From Chiloscyllium plagiosum (taxonomy: Eukaryota), in NCBI RefSeq assembly GCF_004010195.1, contig NC_057717.1, positions 102,417,002-102,453,647 on the forward strand: a stretch of 36,646 nucleotides of DNA. Direction: 5' to 3'. Within the stretch, counting starts at the first letter, position 1; each line of letters begins with the position of its first letter. The position numbers and the translations under genes were made by a program. Below are positions 1 through 11,348 of this stretch, one piece after another. The notes below the pieces were generated by a model, which saw only the letters and a list, made by a program, of their open reading frames with translations, made no database searches and had not been told where the DNA came from.

Positions 1-744
1 TTATATCCTCTGTGTTACCTTCACATTTATTCATCTGCAATTTAGCCAATTTTATGTGTCAGGTGTTGAAGTCAAACACAAACATACTTCTGAATTATCC
101 TCCCTTACGGAAACCTGGAACAAAACCAAGTTGACCACTCGTAATGAAATGTGCTCACTTGTTGTGGATTGTGGCCAACTCTGTGGAAGCAGTTCTACTC
201 CAAGATATGTTTGTATTTGAACTCACTAGGGGCTTTATGTTGCAACTTGGAAGCAATAACCAATTCTGTTCTTGTACATACATACTAAGATCACTTCCAA
301 TTGAATTCCTGCCTTGAAACCTTCAGCATTCCCCAAAAGATGAACCCCATTGATGAACCACAAATGTCTATCTCATGTTGCTCAGTAACCATGGCAGCCA
401 TTTTGAACCACACTTTAAGCTCTCCACCATGTACAGGCCAGTGGTACCAAATGGTGGGGTTTTGCTTTCTTTCCAAATATGTAGTTAGGAGTTCTGTGAT
501 TATTTGAATAATTATGCTTTTAGTAAAGAGAACTCCATCTAATTTAATTTTGCTTGGAAGAGGACCCCAGTTCAGACTGCACAAGACCAGTCCCTCCCAG
601 TTCTCCTCCTCTTTACCAACCTTGCAGGTGCAGCTGAGAAAATATTCCTTACTGCAACACCTTTGTATAACACTTTAGTTCCTGGCTCTATAATGAATTC
701 ACACTCACACCAGCTCCCAATAGAGCTACCCAGCTAGTCCCACA

Positions 745-968
745 CATAGAATCCCAACAGTGTGGAGGCAGGCCATTTGGCCCATCAAGTACACTTGCCC
801 CCACTTCCCGAAAAGTATCCCACCCAGGCCCAACCCATCCCTGCATTTCCCATGGCTAACCCATCCAGCCTGTACATCTCTGGATACTACAGGCAATTTA
901 GCATGGCCAATCCATCTAACCTACACAGCTTCGGACTGCAGGAGGAAACCCATGTCAACACGCAGAAT
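745..968 (-). mobile_element. HE1-type shark SINE, 3' half (split by a Rex1 insertion)
   Basis: Matches the 3' part of the full copies at 9589-9898 and 22853-23152 (ACAGTGTGGA..GCAGGCC, CAATTTAGCATGGCCAATCCA..AACCT, GAGGAAACC). It stops at ...ACACGCAGAAT and resumes at 1975. Confidence 0.85.
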
Positions 969-1974
969 TGAATTGAATTGGATTTATTGTCACGTGTACC
1001 GAGGCACAGTGAAAAGCTTTGTCTTGCGAGCAATACAGGCAGATCACAGAGTTAAGTAGCATAGATAAATAAATAATAGGTAAACAGCAGCAAAAACAAA
1101 AACACAGGTACGGGTGAATATTAAAGATTTGTGAGTCCATTCAGTATTCTAACGACAGTAGGGTAGAAACTGTTATGAAACCGGCTGATGTGTGTGTTCA
1201 GGCTTCTGTACCTTCTCCCCGATGGTAGAGGTTGTAGAAAAGCATTACCAGGGTGGGATGGATCTTTGAGAATGCTGGCAACCTTCCCTTGACAGCGGGC
1301 CTGGTAGATGGATTCTATAGATGGGAGGTTGGCCTTTGTGATTGTCCAGGCCATGTTCACCACTCTCTGTAACCATCCCCGATCTTGAATGGTACAGTTG
1401 CCATACCAGGTAGTGATACATCCAGCAGAATGCCCTCAATGGTGTACCTATAGAAGTCCTGGAGAAGGGCTAATGCCCGAAACGTCGATTCTCCTGTTCC
1501 CTAGATGCTGCCTGACCTGCTGCGCTTCTCCAGCAACACATTTCCATACCTATAGAAGTCAGCAAGGGTATTCGCCATCATGTCAAATTTCCTCAGCTGC
1601 CTGAGGAAGAAGAGATATCGTTGGGCCTTTGTAACCAGTGCGTCCACATGAAGAGTCCAAGAAAGCTTGTTGTGGATGGTCACTCCCTGAAGCTTGACAC
1701 TATCCACTCGTTCCACCTCTGTGCTGTTAATGTGTCGGGGCGCATGAGTAACATCCTGCTGAAAGTCAATAATGAGTTCCTTGGTTTTGAGAGCGAGGTT
1801 GTTCTCAGTGCACCATTTTTCCAGGTCTTCCACCTCCTGTCTGTTGTCTGTTTCATTGCCATCTGAGATTCAAGCAACTATGGCGTTGTCACAACAAACC
1901 TGTAAATGGCATTAATCTAGAATTTGGTGACACAGTCATGGGCTGAGTACACAGCCATGGGGGGCTCCATTGTT
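968..1974 (-). mobile_element. Rex1/Babar-type non-LTR retrotransposon, 5'-truncated, decayed RT C-terminus and 3' UTR
   Basis: ORFs 1501..1833 (WCTENNLALKTKELIIDF..VERVDSVK..GVTI..LSWT.H..KAQRYLFFLRQLRKF) and 1121..1363 (LPSIESIY..ILKDPSHPG..LPSGRRYRS..RFHNSFYP) carry typical Rex1 C-terminal motifs. Short (CAATT)n tail near 968-980. Confidence 0.85.
1459..1546 (+). mobile_element. Short Penelope-like terminal fragment (family A) with a degenerate hammerhead motif, inserted in Rex1
   Basis: Perfect 14-bp flanking duplication TACCTATAGAAGTC (1445-1458, 1547-1560). Motif CTGGAGA-A-GGGC-TAAT-GCCC-GAAA-CGTC. Homologous to inserts at 3190, 3797, 11349 and 31393. Confidence 0.75.
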
Positions 1975-2079
1975 GCAGATAATATGCAAACTCTACATAA
2001 ACAGTTGCCCAAGGTTGGAATCAAACCCAGGTCCCCAACACTGTGAGGCAGCAGTGCTAACCACTGAGCTACCATGCCA
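1975..2079 (-). mobile_element. HE1-type SINE, 5' tRNA-derived half
   Basis: TGCAAACTC..ACAGTTGCCC..GGAATCAAACCCAGGTCCC..TGTGAGGCAGCAGTGCTAACCACTGAGC matches the heads of the other copies; reverse strand shows A/B-box-like motifs. Confidence 0.85.
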
Positions 2080-3189
2080 CACCATTTCACAGTCTATCTC
2101 CATAGCCCTTTATCTTCATCCTTTCCAAATACATATCCAGCTCTTTTTTGAAATCTCCGATGGAATCTGGCTCGGTCACTCTCCCAGGCAGTGCATTAAT
2201 AATGTAGTATTGTAACTTTGATGTGATTGAAGTTTTCAGAATACTTAACCAGGATTTCCATACCTATGTGCTTTCCCATCGGAACACTACACTGAAGTCG
2301 AAGACACTTAGGCAATTTTTAGCTTGTAAATACTCTGCAACAAAATTGTTAAAACTTGACATTGCTTCAGGCAGGAGCTCTGTCAATATTTGGACAAATT
2401 ATTAACATTTCCTAAGGGTGTTGAGTAGGTGCGGTTTAAAACTGTAGGACAAAGATACATTTAGATAACAAGTGATTATTTATTATATAAGTTGGCTCCA
2501 AACTTGAAGGGAGAGGTTAATAAAGAAGGCTTTATTGAACGAACTTCCACCTATGTAATTGAAAGGTCTATTTCTTTTTCATACCATCTTCAAATTAAAT
2601 TTTAATTGGAATTGTCAACTCTCTGGAGGAAAGTGTTTTGGGAGTTTCCATCTTTCTTTCAAAGGCTCTGCACAGTTGGATAACTTTACAATCAATAAAG
2701 GTACTCAAGGGATACAGGGAGGAAACACTGTGACATTTCCATGTTTTTGTTTAACAATGATGCTTCTCCTGGGCGGAATGTTATAGAGTTGGCAATCCAC
2801 ATTTACCACAGTGGGTTTCCACACACCTTCAGGGCTCATTTACTTTGTAAATGATGACAATGAAAGGACAGCACGCAGTCCTTTACAGTTGCCAACTTGG
2901 TTTGGTTCTCTTGTTTAATTGCAACTCACACGCCTCTCCACTCCCTCATCTCCTCACCTTCAAAATTCTGCTGACTACTCCTCGAAATAACTCGGCCTTT
3001 GACAACAAAACCAGATCCCTTACTCCTCAGCTTGACAGTCTGTCTCTTATTTTGAGTCATAGAGATGTCTAGCACGGACACAGACACATTGGTCCAACTT
3101 GTCCATGCCGACTTGATATCCTAAACTGATCTAGTCCCACTTGCCAACCTTTGGCCCATACCCCTCTAAACCCTTCCTATTCACGTACC

Positions 3190-3325
3190 TGGAGAAAGGG
3201 AGGACTGCAGATGCTGGAGATCAGAGTCAAAGAGTTGGGTGCTGGAAAAGCACAGCAGGTCAGTCAGCGTCCGAGGAGCATGAGGGTCAATGCTTTGAGT
3301 ATAAGCTTTTCCACACTCTTCGACT
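3190..3325 (-). mobile_element. Penelope-like family A short insert in CR1 3' UTR
   Basis: Flanked by CTATTCACGTACC (3177-3189) and CTATTCATGTACC (3326-3338). Contains GAGGACTGCAGATGCTGGAGATCAGAG and GCTGGAAAAGCACAGCAGGTCAG shared with other copies. Confidence 0.75.
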
Positions 3326-3796
3326 CTATTCATGTACCCATCTAGATGCCTTTTAAATGGTGTAATTGTATCAGCCTACACCATTTCCTCCAGCAGGCCA
3401 TTTCATATACACACCACCCTCTGTGCGAAAATTTGCCCTTTAGGGCTCTTTTATATCTTTCCCCTCTCACCTTAAACCTATGCCCTCCAGTTCTGGACTC
3501 CCCCACCCCAGGGTAAAAAACTTGTCTATTTACGCTATCCATGCCCCTCATGATTTTATAAACCTCTATGAGGTCACCTCTCAGCCTCCGATGCTCCAGG
3601 GAAAACAGCCCCAGCCTGTTCAACCTCTCCCTATAGCTCAAATCCTCCAACCCTGGAAGTATCCTTGTAAATCTTTTCTGCACCATTTTGTGTTTAAAAA
3701 CATCCTTTCTAAAGCAGGGAAGCCAGAATTGCATGCAGTATTCCAAAAGTGGCCGAAGCAATGTGCTGCACAGCCACAACATGACCTCCCAACTCT

Positions 3797-3963
3797 AAAA
3801 GATTGGAGTGGTGCTGGAAAAGCACAGCGGGTCAGGAATGATGAAGGACTTTTGTCCGAAATGTCGATTTTCCTGCTCCTCGGTTGCTGCCTGACCTGCT
3901 GTGCTTTTCCAGCACCACTCTGATCTAGACTCTGATTTCCAGCATCTGCAGTCCTCACTTTTG
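3797..3963 (+). mobile_element. Penelope-like family A insert with inverted 5' segment and hammerhead-like motif
   Basis: 12-bp TSD CCTCCCAACTCT (3785-3796, 3964-3975). Inverted arms GAGTGGTGCTGGAAAAGCACAGC / GCTGTGCTTTTCCAGCACCACTC. Motif TGATGA-A-GGAC-TTTT-GTCC-GAAA-TGTC at 3839-3865. Confidence 0.78.
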
Positions 3964-4169
3964 CCTCCCAACTCTTACACTCAGTGCACTGACCAATAAA
4001 GGCGAGTGTACCAAATAACTTCTTCACTACCCTGTCGACCTGAGACTCTATGTTCAAGTCAGAAACTTTTACTTGATCCAGTTGGAATTTAATAAATCAC
4101 TCCACTTGCCAAATTATTCCTTCTTTCAAGTTCAGACAGACTGGGCTCGTATGTCCTGGACCTTTAGCA

Positions 4170-4640
4170 GGTGACGTGACCGATACATCCTGAAGGGTCT
4201 TGACGGAATGGAAGTGGAAAGAAGATTAGTTTAAAGGAGGAATCCAGAACTAGGCGTGGCCCATTGAAGATGGAGATGAGGTACGCTTTAATCACACAGA
4301 GTGTTATGAGTTTTTAGAACTCTCTCTCTGAAAGATTAACAGCCACAGAATCCTTGAATATTTTGAAGACAGTGCTGAATAGATTCTTATTAATCAAGGG
4401 GTGTAAGGTATCAGGAGAACCCAGGAATATGGATCATTGAGTCATACAGCACAGAAACAGATGCTTCAGTCCAACTCAGATCAGATATCCTAATCTGACC
4501 CAGTCCCATTTATCCATATCCCTCTAAACCCTTCCTATTCATATACCTATCCAGATGCCTTATAAATGCAGTTCAACTCTGATCTTATTGAATGATGGAC
4601 AAGAATCGAGGGGCTGAATGGCCTACTTGTGCTCCTGATT
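4170..4640. mobile_element. Old plus-strand CR1 3' remnant with a minus-strand CR1 3' end (~4433-4570) nested in it
   Basis: Plus-strand GAATCCAGAACTAGG, TAGATTCTT, GAGGGGCTGAATGGCCTACT; internal minus-strand GAGTCATACAGCACAGAAACAG..CCCTCTAAACCCTTCCTATTCATATACC. Confidence 0.65.
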
Positions 4641-5221
4641 GGTCTGTTCACAAACCCTTTGTTGAAGGTCGGCACACAACAGGCACTTACAGCAGAGGTA
4701 GAGTTCACGTGGCTACGGCAAGCCAGGCAGTCCATACGTACCGTCCTCTTTCTCCAAATATCCGCCTTTTCACTTTAAAGAGAAATCACACCATGTGCGG
4801 TTACACAAGTTATACATGGCGAGAAAGAAATTGATCATTCATTACCAGCACTGCGTGTTAACTCTAGTCAGTTCCATTTTCATCAGTCTCTGTTCGTGCA
4901 TTATATTCATAAATTCCTAACGGTTTGTCGCTGGTTCTTCAGCTCACCTCAGCTCCTTCCAGGAGTGAGGTTCCTTTTCAAGGGATTGTCATTCCCGTGG
5001 TGATTGTTGTTATCATGGGAACAGTTGCTAATTTGTTGTTGCTGCTGAGGTACAGGGGACTCTGGGACTGATACTTGTCGCTTACCTGATCCAGGTGGTG
5101 AGACCACACTGGCCATAGTCAGAGAGATATCCAGCACGGAAACCCATCTTCTGGTCCCCTGCTGCCCACAGTAAAGGCACAGTTTCTCTAGTTGTATGTA
5201 GATGCCTGTGGGTGTGAGGAT

Positions 5222-8200
5222 ATAGAGTCAGAGAGTCATAGAGATGTATTGCATGGAAACAAACCCTTTGGTCCCACTCGTCCATGCCAATGAGATATCC
5301 TATCCCAATCTATTCCCAACTGCCAGCACCTGGCCCATTTCTCTCCAAACCCTTTCTATCATATACCCATCCAGATGCCTTTTAAATGTTGCAATTGTAC
5401 CAGTCTCCATCACTTCCTCTGGCAGCCCATTCCATACATGCACCACTCTCTGTGTGAAAAAGTTGCCCCTTAGGTCTCTTTTACATACTTCCTCTCTCAT
5501 GCTAAACCTGCCTCTAGTTCTGGACTCCCTCACCCCAGGGAAAAGACTTTCTCTATTTACCCCAACCATGCCCCTCATGATTTTATAAACCTTTGTAAGG
5601 TCACCCCTCAGCCTCTGACGCTCCAGGAAAAACAGCCCCAGCATGTTCAGCGTCTTCCTCCAATCCTGGCAACATCCTGTAAATCATTTCTGAACCCTTA
5701 CAAGTTTCACAACATCCCTCCGATAGGAAGGAGACCAGAATTGCACGCAATATTCCAAAAGTGATCTAACCAATGTCCTGTACAGCCGCAACAAGACCTC
5801 CCAACTCCTGTACTCAGTACTCTGACCAATAAAGGAAAGCATACCAAACGCCTTCTTCACTATCCTATCTACCTGCGACTCCACTTTCAAGGAGCTATGA
5901 ACCTGCACTCCAAGGTCTCTTTGTTCAGCAACACTCCCTCGGACCTTACAATTTTGGTGTCATCTGCAAACTTACTAACTATACCTCCTATATTCACATC
6001 CAAATCATTTATGCAAATGATGACGTTTAGTGGACCCAGCAGCAATCCTTGTGGCACTCCACTGGTCACAGGCCTCCAGTCTGAAAAACAACCCTCCACC
6101 ACCACCCTCTGTCTTCTACCTTTGAGCCAGTTCTGTATCCAAATGGCTAGTTCTCCCTGTATTCCATGAAATCTAACCTTGCTGACCAGTCTCCAATGAG
6201 AAACATTGTTGAACGCCTTACTGAAGTCCATATAGATCACATCTACTGCTCTGCTCTCATCAATCCTCTTTGTTGCTTCTTCAAAAAACTCAATCAAGTT
6301 TGTGAGACATGATTTCCCACGCACAAAGCCATGTTGACTATCCCTAATCAATCCTTGCCTTTCCCAATACATGTACATCCTGTCCCTCAGTATTCCCTCC
6401 AACAACTTGCCCAACGTCAGGCTCACTGGTCTATAGTTCCTGGCTTGTCCTTACCATCTTTCTTAAACAGTGGCACCACATTAGTCAACCTCCAGTCCTT
6501 TGGCACCTCACCTGTGATTATCGATGATACAAATATCCCAGTAAGAGGCCCAGGAATCACTCCCCTAGCTTCCCACAGAGTTCTAGGGTACACCTGATCA
6601 GGTCCTGGGGATTTATCCACTTTTATGCGGTTCAAGACATCCAGCACTTCCTCCTCTGTAATGTGGACACTTTTCAAGATGTCACCATCTATTTCCCCAC
6701 TTTCTATATCTTCCATTCCTTTTCCACAGTAAATACTGATACAAAATACTCATTTAGTATCTCCCCCATTTCCTGGGGCTTCACACAAAGGCCGCCTTGC
6801 TGATCGTTGAGGGGCCCTATTCTCTCCCTAGTTACCCTTTTATCGTTAATGTATTTGTAAAAATCCTTTGGATTCTCCTTAATCCTATTTGCCAAAGCTA
6901 TCTCATGTCCTCTTTTTCCCTCCTGATTTCCCTCTTAAGCATACTCCTACTGCCTTTATACTCTAAGGATTCACTCGATCTATCCCGTCTATAACTGATA
7001 TATGCTTCTTTCTTTTTCTTAACCAAACCCTCAATTTCTCCAGTCATCCAGCATTCCCTATACCTACCAGCCTTTCCTTTCACACTAACGGGAACATACT
7101 GTCTCATTTCTGAAGGCTTCTCATTTTCCATCCATCTCTTTACCCGTGAACATCTGCCCCCAATCAGCTTTTGAAATTCTTGCCTGATGCCGTCAAAATC
7201 AGCCTTCCTCCAACTTAGAACTTCAACTGTTAGATCTGGTCTATCCTTTTCCATCATTATTTTAAAACAAATAGAATTATGGTCACTGGCCCCAAAATGC
7301 TCCCCCCGACACCTCAGTCACCTGCCCTGCCTTATTTCCCAAGAGTAGGTCAAGATTTGCACCTTCTCTAGTAGGTACATCCACATACTGAATCAGAAAA
7401 TTTTCCTGTACACACTTAACAAATTCCTCTCCATTTAAACCCTTAACACTATGGCAGTCCTTGTCTATGCTTGGAAAAGTTAAAATCCCCGACCATAACC
7501 ACCCTATTATTCTTACAGATAACTGAAATCTCCTTACAAATTTATTTCTCAATTTCCTGCTGACTATTAGGTGATCATCCCTTTCTTATTTCTCAGTTCC
7601 ACCCAAATAACTTCCCTGGATGTATTCCCGGGAATATCCTCCCTCAACACAGCTGTAATGATATCCCTTATCAAAAACGCCACTCCCCTCCTCTCTTGCC
7701 TGTCTTTCTGTCCTTCCTGTTGCATTTGTATCCTGGAACATTAAGCTGCCAGTCCTGTCCGTTCCTGAGCCATGTTTCTGTAATTGCTATGATATCCCAA
7801 TCCCATGTTCCTAACCATGCCCTGAGTTAATCTGCCTTCTCTGTTAGGCCCCTTGCATTGAAATAAATGCAGTTTAATTTATCAGTCCTACCTTGTTCTC
7901 TGTTTTGTCCGTGCCTACCCTGACTGTTTGAGTCGTTTCTTTTCTCAACTGTATCAGTCTCAGATTGATCTCTTTCTTCACTATCCCCCTGGGTCCCATC
8001 CCCTCCCCCTCCACCTTACTAGTTTAAATCCTCCCGAGCAGCTCTAGCAAATTTCCCTGCCAGTATATTAGTTCCCTTCCAATTCAGGTGCAATCCATCA
8101 TTCTTATATAGGTCACTTCTACTCCAGAAGAGATTCAATGATCCAAAAATGTGAATCCTTCTCCCATACACCAGCTCCTCAGCCACACATTCATCTGCTT

Positions 8201-8490
8201 TATCCTATTCCTACCCTCACTAGCTTGTAGCACTCGGAGTAAACCAGATATTACTACCCTCGAGGACCTCCTATTTAAATTCCTGCCTAACTTTCTATAT
8301 TCTCCCTTCAGAATCTCATCCTTTTCCCTTCCCATGTCATTAGTTCCAATGTGTACAATGACCTTCTGCTGGCCCCTCTTCCCCCTTGTGAACATCCTGC
8401 ACCCTGTCTGATATATCCTTGATCCTGGCATGAGGGAGGCAACACACCATTGATTTTTCGCTCCTGGCCACAGAATATCTGATCAATCAT
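5222..8490 (-). mobile_element. CR1 LINE, 5'-truncated in ORF1; ORF2 (APE endonuclease + RT) with frameshifts and an internal deletion
   Basis: Ordered frames: endonuclease-like (CVQENFLIQYVDVPTREGANLDLLLGN), KSPGPDQVYPR, RT ([44 protein letters not shown]), C-terminus (LEYCVQFWSP, RLRGDL..VYKIM). Tail GAGTCATAGAG at ~5222-5243. Confidence 0.95.
8135..8460 (-). pseudogene. CR1 ORF1 esterase (SGNH/GDSL-like) domain remnant
   Basis: VIVHIGTNDMG (GxND block) followed by SRVVISGLL and NVWLRSWC..EGF.FLDH, typical of CR1 ORF1p esterase, upstream of ORF2. Confidence 0.85.
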
Positions 8491-8499
8491 GTCCCTCGT

Positions 8500-9180
8500 A
8501 TACGATTGTGGTGACCCCACTGCTCACCACACATCCCACATTGTCACATTGTCAAGACTGACTCTTGTTGGGACAATTGAATGTTTGTGCTTTAACTGGC
8601 TCTCAAGTGCTCAGCTCCAGCGGTGACTTGGCAGTTTTACTGACCTTTGGCTTTCTGCTGTTTTACCTTTGTTTTGTTACTCCCAGCTTGGATTATATAT
8701 GGCCCGAGTAGTTTACATAGCCGTTGAAGAGTGGTTTGGGTGTGGAGCGTAATGGTCTATTTCTCATGCCTTTCCTCCACTCAAAGATTGCCTTGTACAA
8801 GTCTGTGCTAGACTTGCTTGTTTTTCTTTCAGGATTCTTTTGCAATCACCTCAGCCTTTCCATTTCTCTGGGAATGGTGTGGAGGCGCTGCATTGTGCTG
8901 TTGAATTTCCTAATCATTTACTTATGAATTCTTCACTCGTGAACGGAGGACCGTTGTCACTCACACATGATGACTGAACAAGTGAACCATTGTCTCCATA
9001 GTTAGAGCGAACATACCATGCTATGTGCAGTACTCATGCTATAGCAACTGAACTGGGCTTTCTACAGGTGCACTGATAGTCTTTGGTGCCCGTTGGTCAA
9101 AGTCCCAATCCTAATCAATCCTGTAAGAGTGAAGAGGTGCACCCCAAACTGGCACGTCATGGGCAACGCTTTCTGTTGCT
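8500..9180 (-). pseudogene. Decayed Gypsy/Ty3 integrase core
   Basis: Hand translation: VSDNGPPFTSEEF (8964-8926), PPHHSQRNGKAE, TDLYKAIFEWR, plus upstream HDVP..GVHLFTL and KAQFS; multiple frameshifts. Confidence 0.8.
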
Positions 9181-9189
9181 TGGGGATGG

Positions 9190-9375
9190 GCTGGCCCAGC
9201 TGGCTAGTTTGTGATGCAGAGCAATGTCAACAGCTCTGGTTTAATTCCTCCACTGGCTGAGGTTACCACGAAGGACTCTCCTTCCCATCTCTCCCCTTGT
9301 CTGAGGCATGGTGACTCTCAGATTAAATCACCACCAGTCATCGCTCTCTAATGAGAGGGCAGCTTTATGGTCCTT
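9190..9375 (+). mobile_element. Short SINE-like repeat (second copy ~30455-30620)
   Basis: Both copies share GCTGAGGTTAC, GTGAC(T/C)CTCAG(A/G)TTAAA(T/C)CACCACCAGTCA, CTCTCTAATG.GAG.GCAGC. Family name not recognised. Confidence 0.6.
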
Positions 9376-9588
9376 ACAAGGCCTGTGGGGAATCATTCAT
9401 TCATTAACCTCCTCCTGGAGATCATTGAGTGTGAGTTCCCCAGGTAATGGTTTGCCTTGTTGGAACTCATTGCCTGAAACCTTTATAAAGCAGACCCAAC
9501 CATGGGGGAGGGGGAGGGGGGGAAATACAGTGTTTTATCTTCCCCTCCAACTCCAGTTTGATTTAGCCCCTTTCCCTCCCTCACTTTC

Positions 9589-9898
9589 ATTAGATTAGAT
9601 TACCTACAGTGTGGAAACAGGCCCTTTAGCCCAACAAGTCCACATCGACCTTCCGAAGAGTAACCCACCCAAACTCATTTCCCTACATTTACCCCTGACT
9701 AATACACCTAACACTATGGGCAATTGAACATGGCCAATTCACCCGAACCTGCACATCTTTGGATTGTGGGAGGAAACCCACGCAGACACGGAGAGAATGT
9801 GCAAACTCCATGCAGACAGTCGCCCGTGGCTGGAATCGAACCCTGGTCCCTGGCGCTGTGAGACAGCAGTGCCAACCACTGAGCCACCGTGCTGCCCC
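9589..9898 (-). mobile_element. HE1-type SINE, full length
   Basis: tRNA-like head (reverse GGCTCAGTGG..GGTTCGATTCC), conserved body, CR1-like 3' end with (TCTAA)n tail. Confidence 0.9.
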
Positions 9899-10199
9899 CA
9901 ATGGTTTACAGTGTCCACAATGGGCTCTGCAGGTAAATATCCAATTGGCTACACGGGTGATTTACTGGGGACAGTTAATAACTTTTTTAAAAAGTCACGG
10001 TGCTTTGGAGATGGGGAAAAAGAAACCCTCAGTTGTGTGTGTAAGAGTACTTCCTGATACAATAAAAAAGGCAGACTCAGCGATGGGTCTGTACAACTGT
10101 CTGACCCGGGGCTAGGATGTGCCAACGCAGGAGTCGTAGCTCTGTTTTAGTGTTCAGCAAGAAACAACATTCCTTTGCAGTTGAGTTTCCTGAGTTATT

Positions 10200-10544
10200 A
10201 CAGCGACTTCACCTTTTATCTTGCTGAGCTCAATATTTGTCGCAAACATGGTTGGTATGGTCCTTAATCTCATTGCCAGCAGAGTACATCTCACACCTCC
10301 CTCAGTCTAGACCCGAACCTTTCAATTCCCTGACTAGTCTGGATGTGCCTCAGCATTTGTTTTTTCCATCTCCCTTCAGAATAATGACACTATTACCCTT
10401 GCACAAGATACCACCTTGGGCTATCACTTCATCTGCATCTGTCCCATACTCATAAATACTAGACATGTCCTTGAGGTTTTCTGCCCTTCCCTTCATCACC
10501 ACTCCCTACAGCACTTGGCTATTTGCACCGTGCTGCATAGTCTT
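10200..10544 (-). pseudogene. Decayed Gypsy pol, region leading into the integrase Zn-binding domain
   Basis: Hand translation VL*GVVMKGRAENLKD..YEYGTDADEVIAQGGILCKGNSVII..QMLRHI resembles the Gypsy GWP..YW..DEL..DG.L.KG.RVIIP segment. Confidence 0.7.
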
Positions 10545-11200
10545 TGTCGGAGAAATTTGCCCAGTAGGTTAGAGATCACAAAACACAGCTCGAAGTGAAA
10601 TTGACAAACAGTTTATTGCAAGTGATATCGCTGGAGGAGAAAACAGACTAGCTGACACAGAACTGACAGTCTGCACAGAGAATGTGATTTCTCCTCCCAT
10701 AGCTGAGGATGAGACCAGTTTTATAGTAATGCTGCACAATGACACTGATTAAAAAACGGGAAAATACCATGTTTCTGGAAATGGAATAATTCAGTTGCAA
10801 GGATGCTAATTGGAAAACAGTTTATCGGATGAATGTCCTGTTCCTTCACACAATGGAACATCCTGACAGTATCATGGTTCCATTCATCTTCCCAGGTAGG
10901 TGTTAAAGTCTTTTCTGAAGTGGTGAGGTGCTTCCATTTTCCTGTGGTGCCTGTCTGTCAGTCTTGCTCTTTGTGAGGCTTTGCCGTCGCTGGGTTGTGA
11001 AACTGCCCTTAGGGCTTTGAGATCTCTTGTCATGTCCATGGAAGCTTAAAGTGTATTCCATTGTCTGTGTGCTGTCTGACCCGTTCATGAGCTGCTCAGG
11101 AATTCTGGGTGTCCTGGTACAATTTGGCCAAATTTGCTTTTGTGAGCCTATCGTGGGTTAGCAAAGCTTTTCCCACAGTCTTCCTGATTTGAGAAAGACA
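10545..11200 (-). mobile_element. Possible solo LTR inserted into the Gypsy pol fossil
   Basis: TGTC...GACA termini; minus-strand TATAAAA (~10719-10725) about 100 bp before AATAAA (10612-10617); interrupts pol-like sequence. No clean TSD. Confidence 0.4.
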
Positions 11201-11348
11201 CTTGCTTTATGATTCAATTTCTGCACTGGATTGAATCTCAAGACTAGCAGATTTTGCATCTCTCTCTCTCTCACTCTCTCTCGCTCTCTGTCACTCTGTC
11301 ATACCCAGATGACATCTCTGTGAATAAAGCAGTGTGAGGGAGATAATG

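Larger units (their letters stand above)
3055..4058 (-). mobile_element. CR1 LINE 3' fragment (end of ORF2 plus 3' UTR), interrupted by two Penelope-like inserts
   Basis: ORF 3342..3782 (RPLLEYCMQFW.P..RKD..VQKRFTRILPGL..LSYRERLNRLGLFSLE.RRLRGDLIEVYKIM) is the canonical CR1 ORF2 C-terminus. CR1-type tail GAGTCATAGAG at ~3055. Confidence 0.92.

Noticed and set aside
250..700. ORFs 291..584 and 301..507; faint resemblance of the minus strand to a Gypsy RNase H end (..FVVHQWGSSF/GNAEG)
   Set aside because: Needs several frameshifts and has no intact motif; too weak to call.
4945..5140. Strong minus-strand splice donors (CAG/GTAAGC ~5085, GAG/GTGAGC ~4948)
   Set aside because: The implied intron is only ~41 nt and the enclosed exon has stops in all three frames.
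5222..8490. Active autonomous CR1
   Set aside because: ORF2 is broken into many frames, has an internal deletion, and the 5' end is missing.
9589..9898. tRNA genes suggested by A/B boxes here and at other SINE heads
   Set aside because: The boxes are followed by SINE bodies and LINE-like tails; no complete cloverleaf is evident.
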